Source: Eledone cirrhosa (taxonomy: Eukaryota). From it: a DNA stretch of 64,000 bases. Below the pieces are notes generated by a model. It was not told the origin of the DNA. It saw only the letters and a program-made list of their open reading frames with translations, and did not search any database. The stretch covers positions 196,540,001 through 196,604,000 of the forward strand of contig OZ024743.1 in assembly GCA_964016885.1 (NCBI GenBank). Reading direction: 5' to 3'. Below, one piece after another: positions 45,586 through 64,000 of the stretch; within the stretch, counting starts at the first letter, position 1; every line of letters begins with the position of its first letter. The translations under genes and the position numbers were made by a program.

Positions 45586-46214
45586 TTACTAAAGATTGCA
45601 CACATGAAATTCAAATTTAAAATAATAGATGCTCAGGGAATGATAAAAAAAAAAAGATAAACAGGCAGATACATAACCCAAATCCCAGGATTTAGAAATA
45701 TATACAACATACAGAAAATAATGCTATTAGGCACTGCACACATATTGAGTACTCTCAATACAATAGAAGCAATAACCTCCCCTAAACAACACTGTGCAGA
45801 GTTGTGTTCTGTAGTGCAGTGACAACATGCAATAATGATAATACTACTACTACTACTACTAATAATAATAATAATAATAATAAATAACAACAATAACACG
45901 AATAACAAAATGTAAAGGAGAAGTGATAAAAATTCAAAAGTATAATTTTGAATTTTTATCACTTTTCATTTTGAACTCGACAAAGACAGACTAACTGTCG
46001 AAATATCATTCAAGAAATCTATTGCAATCGCATCGTGCTCTTCACATTGTGCTCTTCGCATTGTCTTAATAATAATTGTTTCTACTTTTGGCACAAGGCC
46101 AGCAATTACCCAGTGTATTACTGGTACTTTATTTTATCGACCCCGTAAGGATGAAAAGCAAAGTTAACCTCGGCGGGATTTGAACTCAGAATGGCAAGGG
46201 CCGTAACTCTATGC

Positions 46215-47252
46215 TCTTTCCTACAATCAGACCTGGACACAATGCAGCAATGGATCACAGACTGGCAACTGAAGCTGGCTGTGGACAAGTGTACCACCAT
46301 GCATTTTGGAAGGAAAAATCCAGCGTCCACATACTCCCTCCACAACACTGATATCAAAAAGTCCTCTTGTGAACGTGACCTGGGCATTACTGTCAGCAAC
46401 GATTTGCATTGGACAAAGCATGTCTCTAAGATTGTCAAGAAGGCCGAGGGTGTCTTGGCATCACTCAGCAAGACCTTTGTTAGCCGCTCTCCAGCCATCT
46501 ATTTAAAACTGTATACAGCTATGGTACGACCACACTTGGAATTCGCATCATCAGTCTGGAACCCCTATCTTGCTCAGAACATTGACCTCCTGGAAACTGT
46601 TCAGAGACGTGCAACCAAGCGCATACCCTCCATCAGACACCTACCATACTCTGAACGCCTTGCTTCCCTGGGCATGGATTCATTGAAGCTCCGACGTCTG
46701 GCAATGGACTTGGTGAATACCCACAAAGTTTTTAACCATCTCGCCAATTGCAACCCTGAGCGCCTCTTTGATCTCCATGTGTCTAACACACGTGGACATG
46801 CCTACAAGATCAGAAAACAGCACAGCTCCCATGACTTTTGTAGACATTTTTTCACGCTCAGAGTTGCTGAAGCATGGAACAAACTGCCTGCGTCAATTGT
46901 TAGCTGCCGAGACACTGCATCCTTTAAGACACTCATGCTTCCCGAAATACGCCAAAACTACACCTGATGTACCCCTTCCATACACATGCACACGTGTGTA
47001 TCATGACTCGTGCACTGTTCATTTTACTGATGTTTGTGCATTGCCCTATGTACTGTACATGCACTTTTTTGATGAGTTGTGGTGCACCTGGGCACTGTAC
47101 ACAATATTTCATTATTGTTATTGTTATTATATCATGACTCGTACACTGTTCATTTTCCTGACATTTGTACATTATTCTATGTACTATACATGCACCTTTG
47201 ATGAGTTGTAGTGCACCTGAGCACTGTACACAATAATTTCATTATTATTATT
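46215..47252 (+). mobile_element. 5'-truncated CR1-clade LINE (RT C-terminal part, duplicated 3' UTR), inserted into a SINE
   Basis: LQSDLD..ERDLGITVSNDL..VRPHLEFASSVWNP..LETVQRRATK..RGH..FFTLRVAEAWNKLP; (ATT)n tail; TATGC on both sides. Host SINE halves at 46077-46214 and 47390-47432. Confidence 0.92.
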
Positions 47253-47263
47253 ATGCGTCAAAG

Positions 47264-47369
47264 TTAATCCCACCGAGGTTAACTTTACCTTTCATCCTTA
47301 TGGGGTCGATAAAATAAAGTACCAGTAATACACTGGGTAATTGCTGGCCTTGTGCCAAAAGTAGAAACA
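47264..47369 (+). mobile_element. 5'-truncated SINE inserted at the CR1 tail
   Basis: 20-bp TSD ATTATTATTATGCGTCAAAG at 47244-47263 and 47370-47389. Confidence 0.88.
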
Positions 47370-48083
47370 ATTATTATTATGCGTCAAAGCATGGCGTCTG
47401 ACCCTCTACTGATACTGCCAATCCACCACCTTAATAATAATAATGATAATAATAATTATTGTTTGAATCATCATTATCACTGTTCAATGTCTATTTTCTA
47501 TATATGCATGGGTCAGACAGGCTTTCTAATTATCACACTAAACAGGTCTTGCTTTGTTTTTCATTTTTTTATGGCTGGATTTCCATCTTAGCACCAAACA
47601 TCTTACAGGGTTGACAGTAATGTTTTTATTGTGGCACCAGCACTACCAGACTGAAACGCCTTCTATTCTGTCTGTCGAGGCCATGGTGTAGCCAGCATGT
47701 GGGCCCCCATTTGCTCATAAAAGTGACAGATAGTGACAGTGGGAGTTTGGTTCCTTTGTGTTTGAACCTGGTGTATATATTTCACAGACACACCTGTACT
47801 GTGATTTGATGAATGGACAACTGCATCTCTACACGGTCAACTGGCAATATTGTAATGTGAGGGATGATAATGTAGTGTGTTAACTTTTGAAACTAAATAA
47901 AAATAAATTAATAATGTAGTTTTATCACAGTCAAATGTAAAACATGGGTTAGGTAAATATATTTTACAATACAAAAATCATTACAGAGAAAATAAAGACA
48001 TGGTTGTGTTGAATCTACATCAAATTATTATTAATGATGTCGGTAGATTGGCAGTATCGGTAGAGCATCGGATACTCTGCATT

Positions 48084-48250
48084 CTGAAGGATGCAGTGTC
48101 CCAACAGCTAACAATTGATGCAGGTAGTTCAGTAACTCTGAACATGAAACAATGTTTCTGAAAGTCAGAGCAGCTGTGCTGTGTTGCTTTCTGATTTTGT
48201 AAGCATGTCCACGGATGTTAGACACATGGAATTCAAAAAGGTGTCAGAAA
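48084..48250 (-). mobile_element. Degenerate CR1 fragment
   Basis: SNIRGHAYKIRKQH matches the C-terminus of the 46191-46967 ORF. Confidence 0.75.
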
Positions 48251-48590
48251 ATGGAACAAATTAGAAAAACATTGAGGGTCTGAACATTAGAGTAGAGTCT
48301 CTGGTTGATTTATCCTTTGCCACAAGAAATTTAAACAAGGATTTAGGTCTTTTTGCTTTGTATGCAGTGCCAGATTGACCATTGTGCTTAGGTGTGCTTA
48401 AGCACAGGGCCCCATTGGCCAGGGGCAACCCATCTTCCTGTGTAGGCCTATTGGGCCTACTTCCTTCAGGGCCCAAGTAAGGAGCCTCATAACTTAACTA
48501 GCACTGGGCCTCATTTGTCCTAAATCCAGCAGTTTATATGTGTAAAAATATAAACCCATGTTAGCTGCTTTATCATTGTACAAATCATAT

Positions 48591-49412
48591 TTAACTCTTT
48601 TGTTATATATTTTGAATGAAATACACTGCCTAAGTATTTCAAGTTATTTTTGAAATAATCCAAAAATTTGGAAGAATTTAATAAAAAAATTCATTCTTCC
48701 ATTGTTATAAAGCAGATGAGTGCAGTGGATTGACAATATAGATAAAATGTTTTGCGGCATTTAGTTGCAACTTTCTACATTTTGCGTTCAAATCTCACCA
48801 AGGCTGGCTTTGCTTTTCATTCTTCTGAGGTTGATAAAATAAAGTACCAGTAACACACTGGATTCAATTTGATCGACTTCCCCCACACCTCTAAATTGCT
48901 GCCTTTGTGCTAAAGGTAGAAACAATTATTATTAAGCTGATAGGACATTTGATAAAATGCTTTGTGGCATTTAGCTATGACATTCTGAGTTCAAATCCTG
49001 CCTAGGCCAACTTTACTTTTCATTCTTCCAGGGCCGGGGGTTGACAAAATAACCTACGAGTTAAAAACTAAGATCAATATAATCAACTTTCCCCTCCCCA
49101 CCAACTGCCGGCCTTGGGCCTAGATTAGAAGTCATTACCAAGCCAAAACCAATCCTGTATGAGCAAGTCATGGTCATCGGACCTTGTCTCACAACAGGGC
49201 AATTCGTCTAACCCATGCTAGCATGAAAAATGGATGTTAAATGGTGAGGATGATGATGATATCAAGAAGATATCTGGAACATTAATTAACAAAAAATTCT
49301 TAACTTAAAATTATGATGGAAAGCTGTAATATTAAGTACAAACATTTTAAAATAAACAGTTTTGTTTCAGAAAACTAGGGTGGTTTCTAGGGTGTTGGTA
49401 TCAAAAGGATTA
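48591..49412. mobile_element. Old piggyBac-like MITE interrupted by three SINE pieces
   Basis: TTAACTCTTTTGTTA ... TGGTATCAAAAGGATTA ends; the same end is seen inverted at 31454 (TTAACCCTTTTGATACCAA). SINE pieces at ~48715-48925, ~48945-49135 and ~49145-49260. Confidence 0.55.
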
Positions 49413-50326
49413 GTTACATTAAATTAATAATGAGAAATAGTTTCATATTGGAATCAAAACAGATCACAAATTCATCTCATATGTAAACTATCTCTACCTT
49501 ATGGTATGCAGTTTCATGCGGTACAAGACATTAAGAGTTAAAGTACTAAATTAATGGATATTCAGTAGGCACCTCTTAACCAAATATAAACCCCAACGCA
49601 TAACCCCTACTCCATCCTCCCACTCCCAACAACACCACCCTTTCTCTGTAAAGTTATGTTGGTATCACAACATCCAGTCCAAACTAAAGAGGTTGTGTAA
49701 GTGTTACGACAAAAAAAACACCCAGTCCACGCTGTAAAGTGGTCGTGTAGGAGACACGGTAAAAAGACTCCCAGTCCACACTGTAAATGTGCTTGGTGTT
49801 AGGAAGAGCATCCAGCCATAGAAAACCTGCCAGATACAGTCCGATATGAGCAAGACACGGTTACCTAATCAATCTTGGCACAAGTGTGACAATTCCCATC
49901 TAACCCATGCTAGTGTGGATGATGATGATGATGATTCTTTACGTTGACAATAATTATGTAATCTAGAAACTTTAACCCTAAAATATTTTACGTCAAAAAT
50001 AAATGTTTTATTTAAACAGTATTCACGTCAGTCAGTCTTTACTTTCTTGGCTCTAATGTACCAATCTGCCTGTTTCTGTGTGTGGTTCTTGTTCATATCA
50101 CCCACCATATCATCATATTCCTGGAATGTTACTTCTACTTAGTTTTAGTCAGTATGGAAAATTAGAACATGAATATAAACCAATTCAATGTCAACATGGA
50201 TTATCTGAGTTCATACACAAACATAAACTTGGGTTTTCATTAGTGTGAGTTATATATATAATCTGCCCATATAGTATCTAACTGATGTAGCAAGTATTTG
50301 CTTTTGATAAATAGTGAGTTAAGTAA

Positions 50327-50449
50327 GTTGGAGGTTGCATCCATCACTGTTTCCAAGGAGTAATGAAGACAAATAAAATCAATAGTAAAGCATTAAAAAT
50401 CAAAATTCCTTTCAATATTTAATCAAAGTTTATACAGTGTTGGGTCACG

Positions 50450-50493
<44 letters not shown>

Positions 50494-50616
50494 CGTGACC
50501 CAACACTGTATAAATTTTGATTAATTATTGAAAGGGATTTTGATTTTTAATGCTTTACTATTGATTTTATTTGTCTTCATTACTCCTTGGAAACAGTGAT
50601 GGATGCAACCTCCAAC
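50327..50616. repeat. 290-bp spacerless palindrome with (AT)n axis
   Basis: Arms of ~127 bp with ~3 mismatches around a self-complementary (AT)n core. Confidence 0.93.
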
Positions 50617-50714
<98 letters not shown>

Positions 50715-50862
50715 ATTTTGTTAGAGATGCCTACTGGCTGGAGTAGGTTTTACTATATATTTAGGTAAGGCGGGTCTTCTCTGTTACTGAGTACCGCCAA
50801 AGGTCTCGGTCCAGTGACATTGTCTTGGAATATATATATATATATATATGTGTATATATATA

Positions 50863-50909
<47 letters not shown>

Positions 50910-51024
50910 ATATATATATATATATATGTGTATATATATATAAATATATATATATATGTGTATATATATATATATGTGTATGTATGATGATGATGATATG
51001 TGTATATATATATATATATATGTG

Positions 51025-51077
<53 letters not shown>

Positions 51078-51136
51078 ATATATATATGTATATATATGTG
51101 TATGTATATATATATATATATGTGTATGTATATATA

Positions 51137-51167
<31 letters not shown>

Positions 51168-51444
51168 GTGTATGTATATATATATATATATGTGTATGTA
51201 TATATATATATATATGTGTGTGTATGTATATATATATATATATATATGTGTATGTATATATATATATATATGTGTATGTATATATATATATATATATATA
51301 TGTGTATGTATATATATATATATGTGTATGTATATATATATATATGTGTGTATGTATATATATATATATGTGTATGTATATATATATATATATATATGTG
51401 TATGTATATATATATATATATATGTATATGTGACATATATATAT

Positions 51445-51853
51445 GGGAGAGATGACCCCTTAGCCTTTGTCAAGGTAGAATTCTAGGGGAAGGAAAACTC
51501 TGATATAACACCTGCAACCCTGATGGTATCCAATGATGTTGACTTGTTCTTCTTTTTGATAAATATCATCTTGGTTAAGAGAGTGGCACTGGCTTTGTGC
51601 AGTGCCTTTGCTCACTATAAAAGCTTCACGGCACAGGCATTGCTTTATATCTGGAGATCTCTCTGCACTTGTCGTCACATGGTACCATGGGCCTAGCACT
51701 ATGTGTCAATAATTGTCACAAATGTAGTGTTTGTACCAGAGTTTTCAAGTCGCTGGCTGGACTAAAAAGTCACACTCGTTCAGCGCATCGGTAGGGGTTC
51801 TCCTACATGGATATAAAGTAGTGGCCGTACTCGAAAACGAGTTGGCAGCCACC
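51445..51853 (+). mobile_element. Internally deleted, non-autonomous RTE-like element with microsatellite tail
   Basis: 5' CTAGGGGAAGGAAAACTCTG (RTE 5'-UTR-like); terminal C2H2 remnant [23 protein letters not shown] (stop 51792-51794); 3' stem-loop CTCG-AAAA-CGAG, then ATATGTGTATGT repeats. Confidence 0.65.
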
Positions 51854-51892
51854 ATATGTGTATGTATATATATATATATATATGTGTATGTA

Positions 51893-51929
<37 letters not shown>

Positions 51930-51953
51930 ATGTATATATATATATATATGTGT

Positions 51954-51984
<31 letters not shown>

Positions 51985-52630
51985 TATGTATATATATATA
52001 TATATATATGTGTATGTATATATATATATATATATGTGTATGTATATATATATATATGTGTATGTATATATATATATATGTGTATGTATATATATATATA
52101 TATATGTGTATGTATATATATATGTATGTGTATGTATATATATATATATATATGTATGTGTATTTATATATATATATATGTATGTGTATGTATGTATATA
52201 TATATATGTATGTGTATGTATGTATATATATATATGTATGTGTATGTATGTATATATATATATGTATGTGTATGTATGTATATATATATATGTATGTGTC
52301 TGTATGTATATATATATATATATGTATGTGTATGTATATATATATATATATATATGTATGTGTATGTATATATATATATATATGTATGTATGTATATATA
52401 TATATATATGTGTATGTATATATATATATATGTGTATGTATATATATATATATGTATGTGTATGTATGTATATATATATATAGGTATGTGTATGTATATA
52501 TATATATATATGTGTATGTATGTATATATATATATATGTATGCATATATATATATATGTATGTATATATATATATATGTATGTATATATATATATATATG
52601 TATGTATATATATATATATATATATGTATG

Positions 52631-52663
<33 letters not shown>

Positions 52664-53023
52664 GTATATATATATATATGTATGTATATATATATATATA
52701 TGTATGTGTATGTATATATATATATATGTGTATGTATATATATATATATGTGTATGTATATATATATATATGTATGTATATATATATATATATGTATGTA
52801 TATATATATATATATATGTATGTATATATATATATGTATGTATATATATATATGTATGTGTATGTATATATATATATATGTATATGTATATATATACATA
52901 TATGTGTATGTATGTATATATATATATGTATGTATATATATATGATGATGATGTATATATATATATATATATGTATGTATATATATATATATATGTATGT
53001 ATATATATATATATATATTTATG

Positions 53024-53058
<35 letters not shown>

Positions 53059-53077
53059 GTATGTATATATATATATG

Positions 53078-53147
<70 letters not shown>
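51854..53147. repeat. (TA)nTGTGTATG microsatellite (same motif at 50831-51444)
   Basis: Seen directly. Confidence 0.95.
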
Positions 53148-53150
<3 letters not shown>

Positions 53151-53775
53151 AAGGAATTTATATCTAGTAACATTTATATACACACAGATGCATATCAATG
53201 CTAGCAAATACATAGGTTTTGTCTTATTAACAACGTGGTTCAATGAATGGGGTTGCAGAACAATAATATGAGAGACGTAAAATAAGAAAATTATAAAATA
53301 TACCTATATATTTGCTAGCATTGATATGCATCTGTGTGTATATAAATGTTACTAGATATAAATTCCTTATAATTATCTCCAATTCATTTGTCGAGCAATA
53401 TTTGGCCATGACTGCTACTATGGTAGTAAGCTGGCCGCTGTCTTAATAACCACTCGCTTTCCACTGATTGACCTTGATGTCACGTGATTGATTCTTTTTG
53501 AATTTGCCACAGACGTAGAGGCAGTGACTTTCTCAATGGCTTGAAAATCCAGTCCACGCTTCGCTATTTCCATTCCACTGAATTATTTTTTTAATAAGTT
53601 TCCAGTGTCCTCGCTATGCCTGGAGACCTATACGGAAAAAGACTTTCCTGATGACAGAATGATTTTGTATATGTTTCTTCGGAAAATATATTTACTCCAT
53701 TCCAGAAACTAATTAGTTGGAAGTTATTTTTTAGTAAGTAAGTTAATTTTATAATTTTCTTATTTTACGTCTCTC

Positions 53776-53779
<4 letters not shown>
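53148..53779. mobile_element. (TA)n-flanked island with two interlocked inverted repeats; probable Penelope-like pLTR derivative
   Basis: A 53148-53217 / A' 53302-53371 (70 bp, 1 mismatch); B 53266-53299 / B' 53746-53779 (34 bp). Confidence 0.75.
53642..53724 (+). ncRNA. Type I hammerhead motif, canonical CUGAUGA core, stem II base degraded
   Basis: ACUUUC/GGAAGU stem I; CUGAUGA 53648-53654; (CA)GAAUG..CAUUC(CA) stem II capped by cUUCGg; GAAAC-UAAUUA-GUU. Confidence 0.72.
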
Positions 53780-53825
<46 letters not shown>

Positions 53826-54204
53826 GTATATATATGTATATATATATCATCATCATCATCATCACCGTTTTACGTCCGTTCTTCCACGCTAGCATGGGTT
53901 AGACGGGTTGTCCTGTTGTGGGCAGTGTCTGGTCGGCTGACCATGCCTTGCTCATACAGGAACTGATCTGGCTTGATTTCTACAGCTGGAGGCCCTTCCT
54001 AACACCAACCTCATTTACAATGAGTGCCGGGTGCTTTTTCGTGGCGCCTACACGTCCACTTTACAGTGTGGGCTGGGTGCTTTTTTGCCGTGGCACCTCC
54101 ACGACCACCTTGCGGAGGGGGGAGTGGGGGCATATTGTTTATATGCTTCAGCATGTACCCATATATGTATATATATATATATGTATATATATGTATATAT
54201 ATAT

Positions 54205-54290
54205 ATAGGAACCAGTAAGACCCCGACAGCTGAGCTCAAGCCGTTTCGAAACGGCTTGAGCTCAGCTGTCGGGGTCTTACTGGTTCCTAT
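54205..54290. repeat. Perfect 86-bp palindrome centred on TTTC|GAAA
   Basis: Axis between 54247 and 54248; each arm reads GAAAC-GGC-UUGAGCUCA-GCU-GUC-GGGG (hammerhead 3' half). Confidence 0.95.
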
Positions 54291-54369
54291 TACCCACTCT
54301 CTATTACCTCAAGTATTGAGTACTTTGGTGCGTTATGGTCCACCTGGTTCCTTACCATATTTCCTTCGT

Positions 54370-56385
<2,016 letters not shown>

Positions 56386-56387
56386 AA

Positions 56388-56577
56388 TTGTTTCTACTTT
56401 AGGCACAAGGCCAGCAATTACCCAGTGCATGTACTGGTACTTGAGGGTGAGTCGACCCGTAAGGATGAAAGGCAAAGGTTAACCTCGGCGGGATTTGAAC
56501 TCAGATCGTTAAAGGGACTTAACTATGCTGTAAAGCATGGCGTCCGACCCTCTACCGATACTGCCAATCTACCGCCC
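56388..56577 (-). mobile_element. tRNA-type SINE inside (TA)n
   Basis: Same family as 39273-39459. Confidence 0.85.
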
Positions 56578-56578
56578 T

Positions 56579-59850
<3,272 letters not shown>

Positions 59851-60009
59851 TAGTTTCAGTAGATCCCGTTAAGGGGGAAAGCAGCGATTCTTTGCTTAAA
59901 CTTTAATCTGTTATTTTAATAAATATTTGCTCTACGGTTCTTATATATTTGATATATATTTTTCTTATCGAGCCCTCTTTGGATTTTAGTCTTTAATTTT
60001 ATTATTATT
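59851..60009 (+). mobile_element. Solo copy of the 3' end of the 29951-30470 element, starting at hammerhead stem I
   Basis: Near-identical to 30301-30459; core reads CAGTAGA, stem II TCCC/GGGG. Confidence 0.85.
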
Positions 60010-60010
60010 A

Positions 60011-60011
60011 C

Positions 60012-60052
<41 letters not shown>

Positions 60053-60229
60053 TAGATACATATATATACATATATATATATATACATATATAGATACATA
60101 TATACATATATAGATACATATATATATATGTATACATACATATATACATATATATATACATACATATATACATACATATATACATATATATATACATATA
60201 TACATACATATATACATACATATATACAT

Positions 60230-60265
<36 letters not shown>

Positions 60266-60327
60266 ACATATATACATACACACATATATATATATATATA
60301 GATATATACATGCATACATATATACAT

Positions 60328-60364
<37 letters not shown>

Positions 60365-60376
60365 CATATATACATA

Positions 60377-60417
<41 letters not shown>

Positions 60418-60663
60418 CATACATACGTACATATATATACATACATATACATACATATATATATACATACATATATACATATATATATACATATATATAT
60501 ACATATATACATATATATATACATATATATATATACATATATATATACATATATATATACATATATATACATACATATATACATATATATATACATATAT
60601 ACATATATATATACATACATATATACATACATATATACATATATATATACATACATATATACA

Positions 60664-60704
<41 letters not shown>

Positions 60705-60758
60705 AAATATACACATACATATATATATACATATATATAAATATATATACATACATAC

Positions 60759-60789
<31 letters not shown>

Positions 60790-61236
60790 CATACATACAT
60801 ATATATATACATACATATATATATACATATACATACATACATATATATATACATACATACATATATACATACATATATATATACATACATATATATATAT
60901 ATACATACATACATATATATATACATATATATATATATATACATACATATATATATACATACATACATACATATATATATACATACATATATATAAACAT
61001 ATATATATATATATACATACATATATATATACATATACATACATATATATACATATATATATATACATATATATATATTCATATACATGTATATATATAT
61101 ATATATATACATATCTATATATATATACATATCTATATATACATATATATACATATCTATATATATCTACATATCTATATATACATATATATACATATCT
61201 ATATATATATACATATCTATATATACATATATATAC

Positions 61237-61278
<42 letters not shown>

Positions 61279-61288
61279 CTAATATACA

Positions 61289-61352
<64 letters not shown>

Positions 61353-62191
61353 ATATATACATATATATATATACATATACATATATATATATACATATAT
61401 ATATATACATATATATATATACATATATATATATACATATATATATATACATATATATATACATATATATATACATATATATATACATATATATATATAC
61501 ATATATATATATACATATATATACATATATATATACATATATATATATACATATATACATATATACATATACATATATATATACATATATACATATACAT
61601 ATATATATACATATACATATATATATACATATATATATACATATATATATACATATATATATATACATATATATATACATATATATATATACATATATAT
61701 ACATATATATATATACATATATATACATATATATATATACATATATATACATATATATATATATACATATATATACATATATATACATATATATATATAC
61801 ATATATATATATACATATATATATACACATATATATATACACATATATATATACACATATATATATACACATATATATATATACACATATATATATACAC
61901 ATATATATATACACATATATATACACATATATATATACACATATATATATACACATATATATATACATATATATATATACATATATATATACACATATAT
62001 ATATACACATATATATATACACATATATATATACATATATATATATACTTATATATATACATATATATATACATATATATATATACATATACATATATAT
62101 ATATATACATATACATATATATATATATATATATATACATATATATACATATACATATATATATATATATATACATATATATATACACATA

Positions 62192-62229
<38 letters not shown>

Positions 62230-62394
62230 CATACATACATACATATACATATATATATATATATATACATACATATATACATATACATATATATATATAT
62301 ACATATACATATAAATATACATATATATATATATATACATATATACATACATACATATATATATACATACATATATACATATATATATACATAC

Positions 62395-62427
<33 letters not shown>

Positions 62428-62440
62428 AATAAATATATAT
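60011..62440. repeat. Interrupted (TA)n/(TACA)n microsatellite
   Basis: Seen directly. Confidence 0.95.
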
Positions 62441-62608
62441 AGTATTAAGGATACTATTTATGGTTATGTATGTAATAAAACCTTTAATGGTAATATATTA
62501 TTTATACAAACCTTAAATAGTGAAAGATAGTCATTAATTACTATCCTATTACCAGTAAGATAAATAGCTCAATGTAATAACATCAGTTGTTTTACAGAGC
62601 AGTTATAT

Positions 62609-62709
62609 AGAGATTACAATAATCAAAGTTCAGTTTAAGTCATTTATTTGCTTACAACTATTGTAAGCAAATAAATGACTTAAACTGAACTTTGATTATT
62701 GTAATCTCT
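62609..62709. repeat. Perfect hairpin, 49-bp arms, 3-nt loop
   Basis: Arms 62609-62657 and 62661-62709; axis reads AC-UAUU-GUA-AGCA-AAUAAA. Confidence 0.92.
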
Positions 62710-63448
62710 CTCTCTATATATATATATACATATATATATACATATATATATACATACATATATACATATACATACATATATATATATACATATATACATA
62801 CATATATATATATACATATATACATACATATATATATATACATACATATATATATATACATATATACATACATATATATATACATATATACATACATATA
62901 TATCTACATATATACATATATATATACATACATATATATATACATATATATATACATATATACATATATATATACATACATATATATATACATATATATA
63001 TACATATATACATATATATATACATATATACATACATACATATATATATACATATATATATACATATACATATATACATACATACATATATATATACATA
63101 TATATATACATACATATATATATACATATATATATACATACATATATATATACATATATATATACATACATATAATATACATATATATATACATACATAT
63201 ATATATACATATATATATACATACATATATATATACATACATATATATATACATATATATATACATACATACATATATATATACATATATACATACATAC
63301 ATATATACATACATACATATATACATACATACATATATATATACATATATACATACATATATATATACATACATACATATATATATACATACATACATAC
63401 ATACATATATACATACATACATATATATATACATACATACATATATAT

Positions 63449-63479
<31 letters not shown>

Positions 63480-63849
63480 CATACATACATACATATATAC
63501 ATACATATATATATACATACATACATATATATATACATATATACATACATATATATATATATACATACATATATATATACATATATACATACATATATAT
63601 ATACATATATACATACATACATATATGTATACATATATACATACATATATATATACATATATACATATATATATACCAACATACATATATATATACATAT
63701 ATACATACATACATATATATATACATATATACATACATACATATATACATACATACATATATATATACATATATACATACATATATACATACATACATAC
63801 ATACATATATACATACATACATACATATATACATACATATATATATACA

Positions 63850-63883
<34 letters not shown>

Positions 63884-64000
63884 CATACATACATATATAT
63901 ATACATACATACATACATATATACATACATACATACATATATATATACATACATACATATATATATACATACATACATACATATATACATACATATATAT
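62710..64000. repeat. (TACA)n/(TA)n microsatellite to window end
   Basis: Seen directly. Confidence 0.95.

Noticed and set aside
48365-48533. hAT-like MITE (CAGTGCCAGATT...AATCCAGCAGT)
   Set aside because: Terminal repeats are degenerate and no clear 8-bp TSD; not supportable by eye.
50030-50120. Possible upstream VEGF exon (EYDDMVGDMNKNHTQKQADWYIRAKK)
   Set aside because: Weak acceptor and no phase-1 donor compatible with the microexon; no family similarity.
50280-50320. CTGATG followed by an AGCAA/TTGCT hairpin
   Set aside because: Lacks A9, GAAA and a cleavage triplet in register.

Overview
AT-rich, repeat-dense animal genomic DNA. The SINE/MITE families and the very large (TA)n tracts look like an octopod cephalopod; this is an inference from remembered repeat consensus, not a database result. 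(1) 1-22872 is a strand-asymmetric ~30-bp satellite, ATGGTAGAGAATAGA(C/T)(AT)n(AG)n, with higher-order repeats. It carries two ~99.9% identical, 5'-truncated, disabled Tx1-clade LINEs whose tandem-duplication breakpoint lies at the element's 3' end. (2) The only host gene seen is a minus-strand PDGF/VEGF (PVF) family gene: four spliceable coding exons at 45060-38728, with the N-terminal exon(s) not found. It has lost BOTH cysteines of one cystine-knot disulfide (CGGCA; HTECEQ). (3) About ten short, mostly unrelated islands sit in or beside (TA)n tracts. They are fold-back/palindromic and/or contain type I hammerhead-ribozyme motifs, several followed by AATAAA, and are most likely Penelope-like pseudo-LTR derivatives. 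One intact hammerhead lies on the VEGF strand 9 nt upstream of the first AATAAA after the stop codon. The rest is SINEs, CR1/RTE fragments, MITEs and microsatellites. All the long low-complexity ORFs are spurious.
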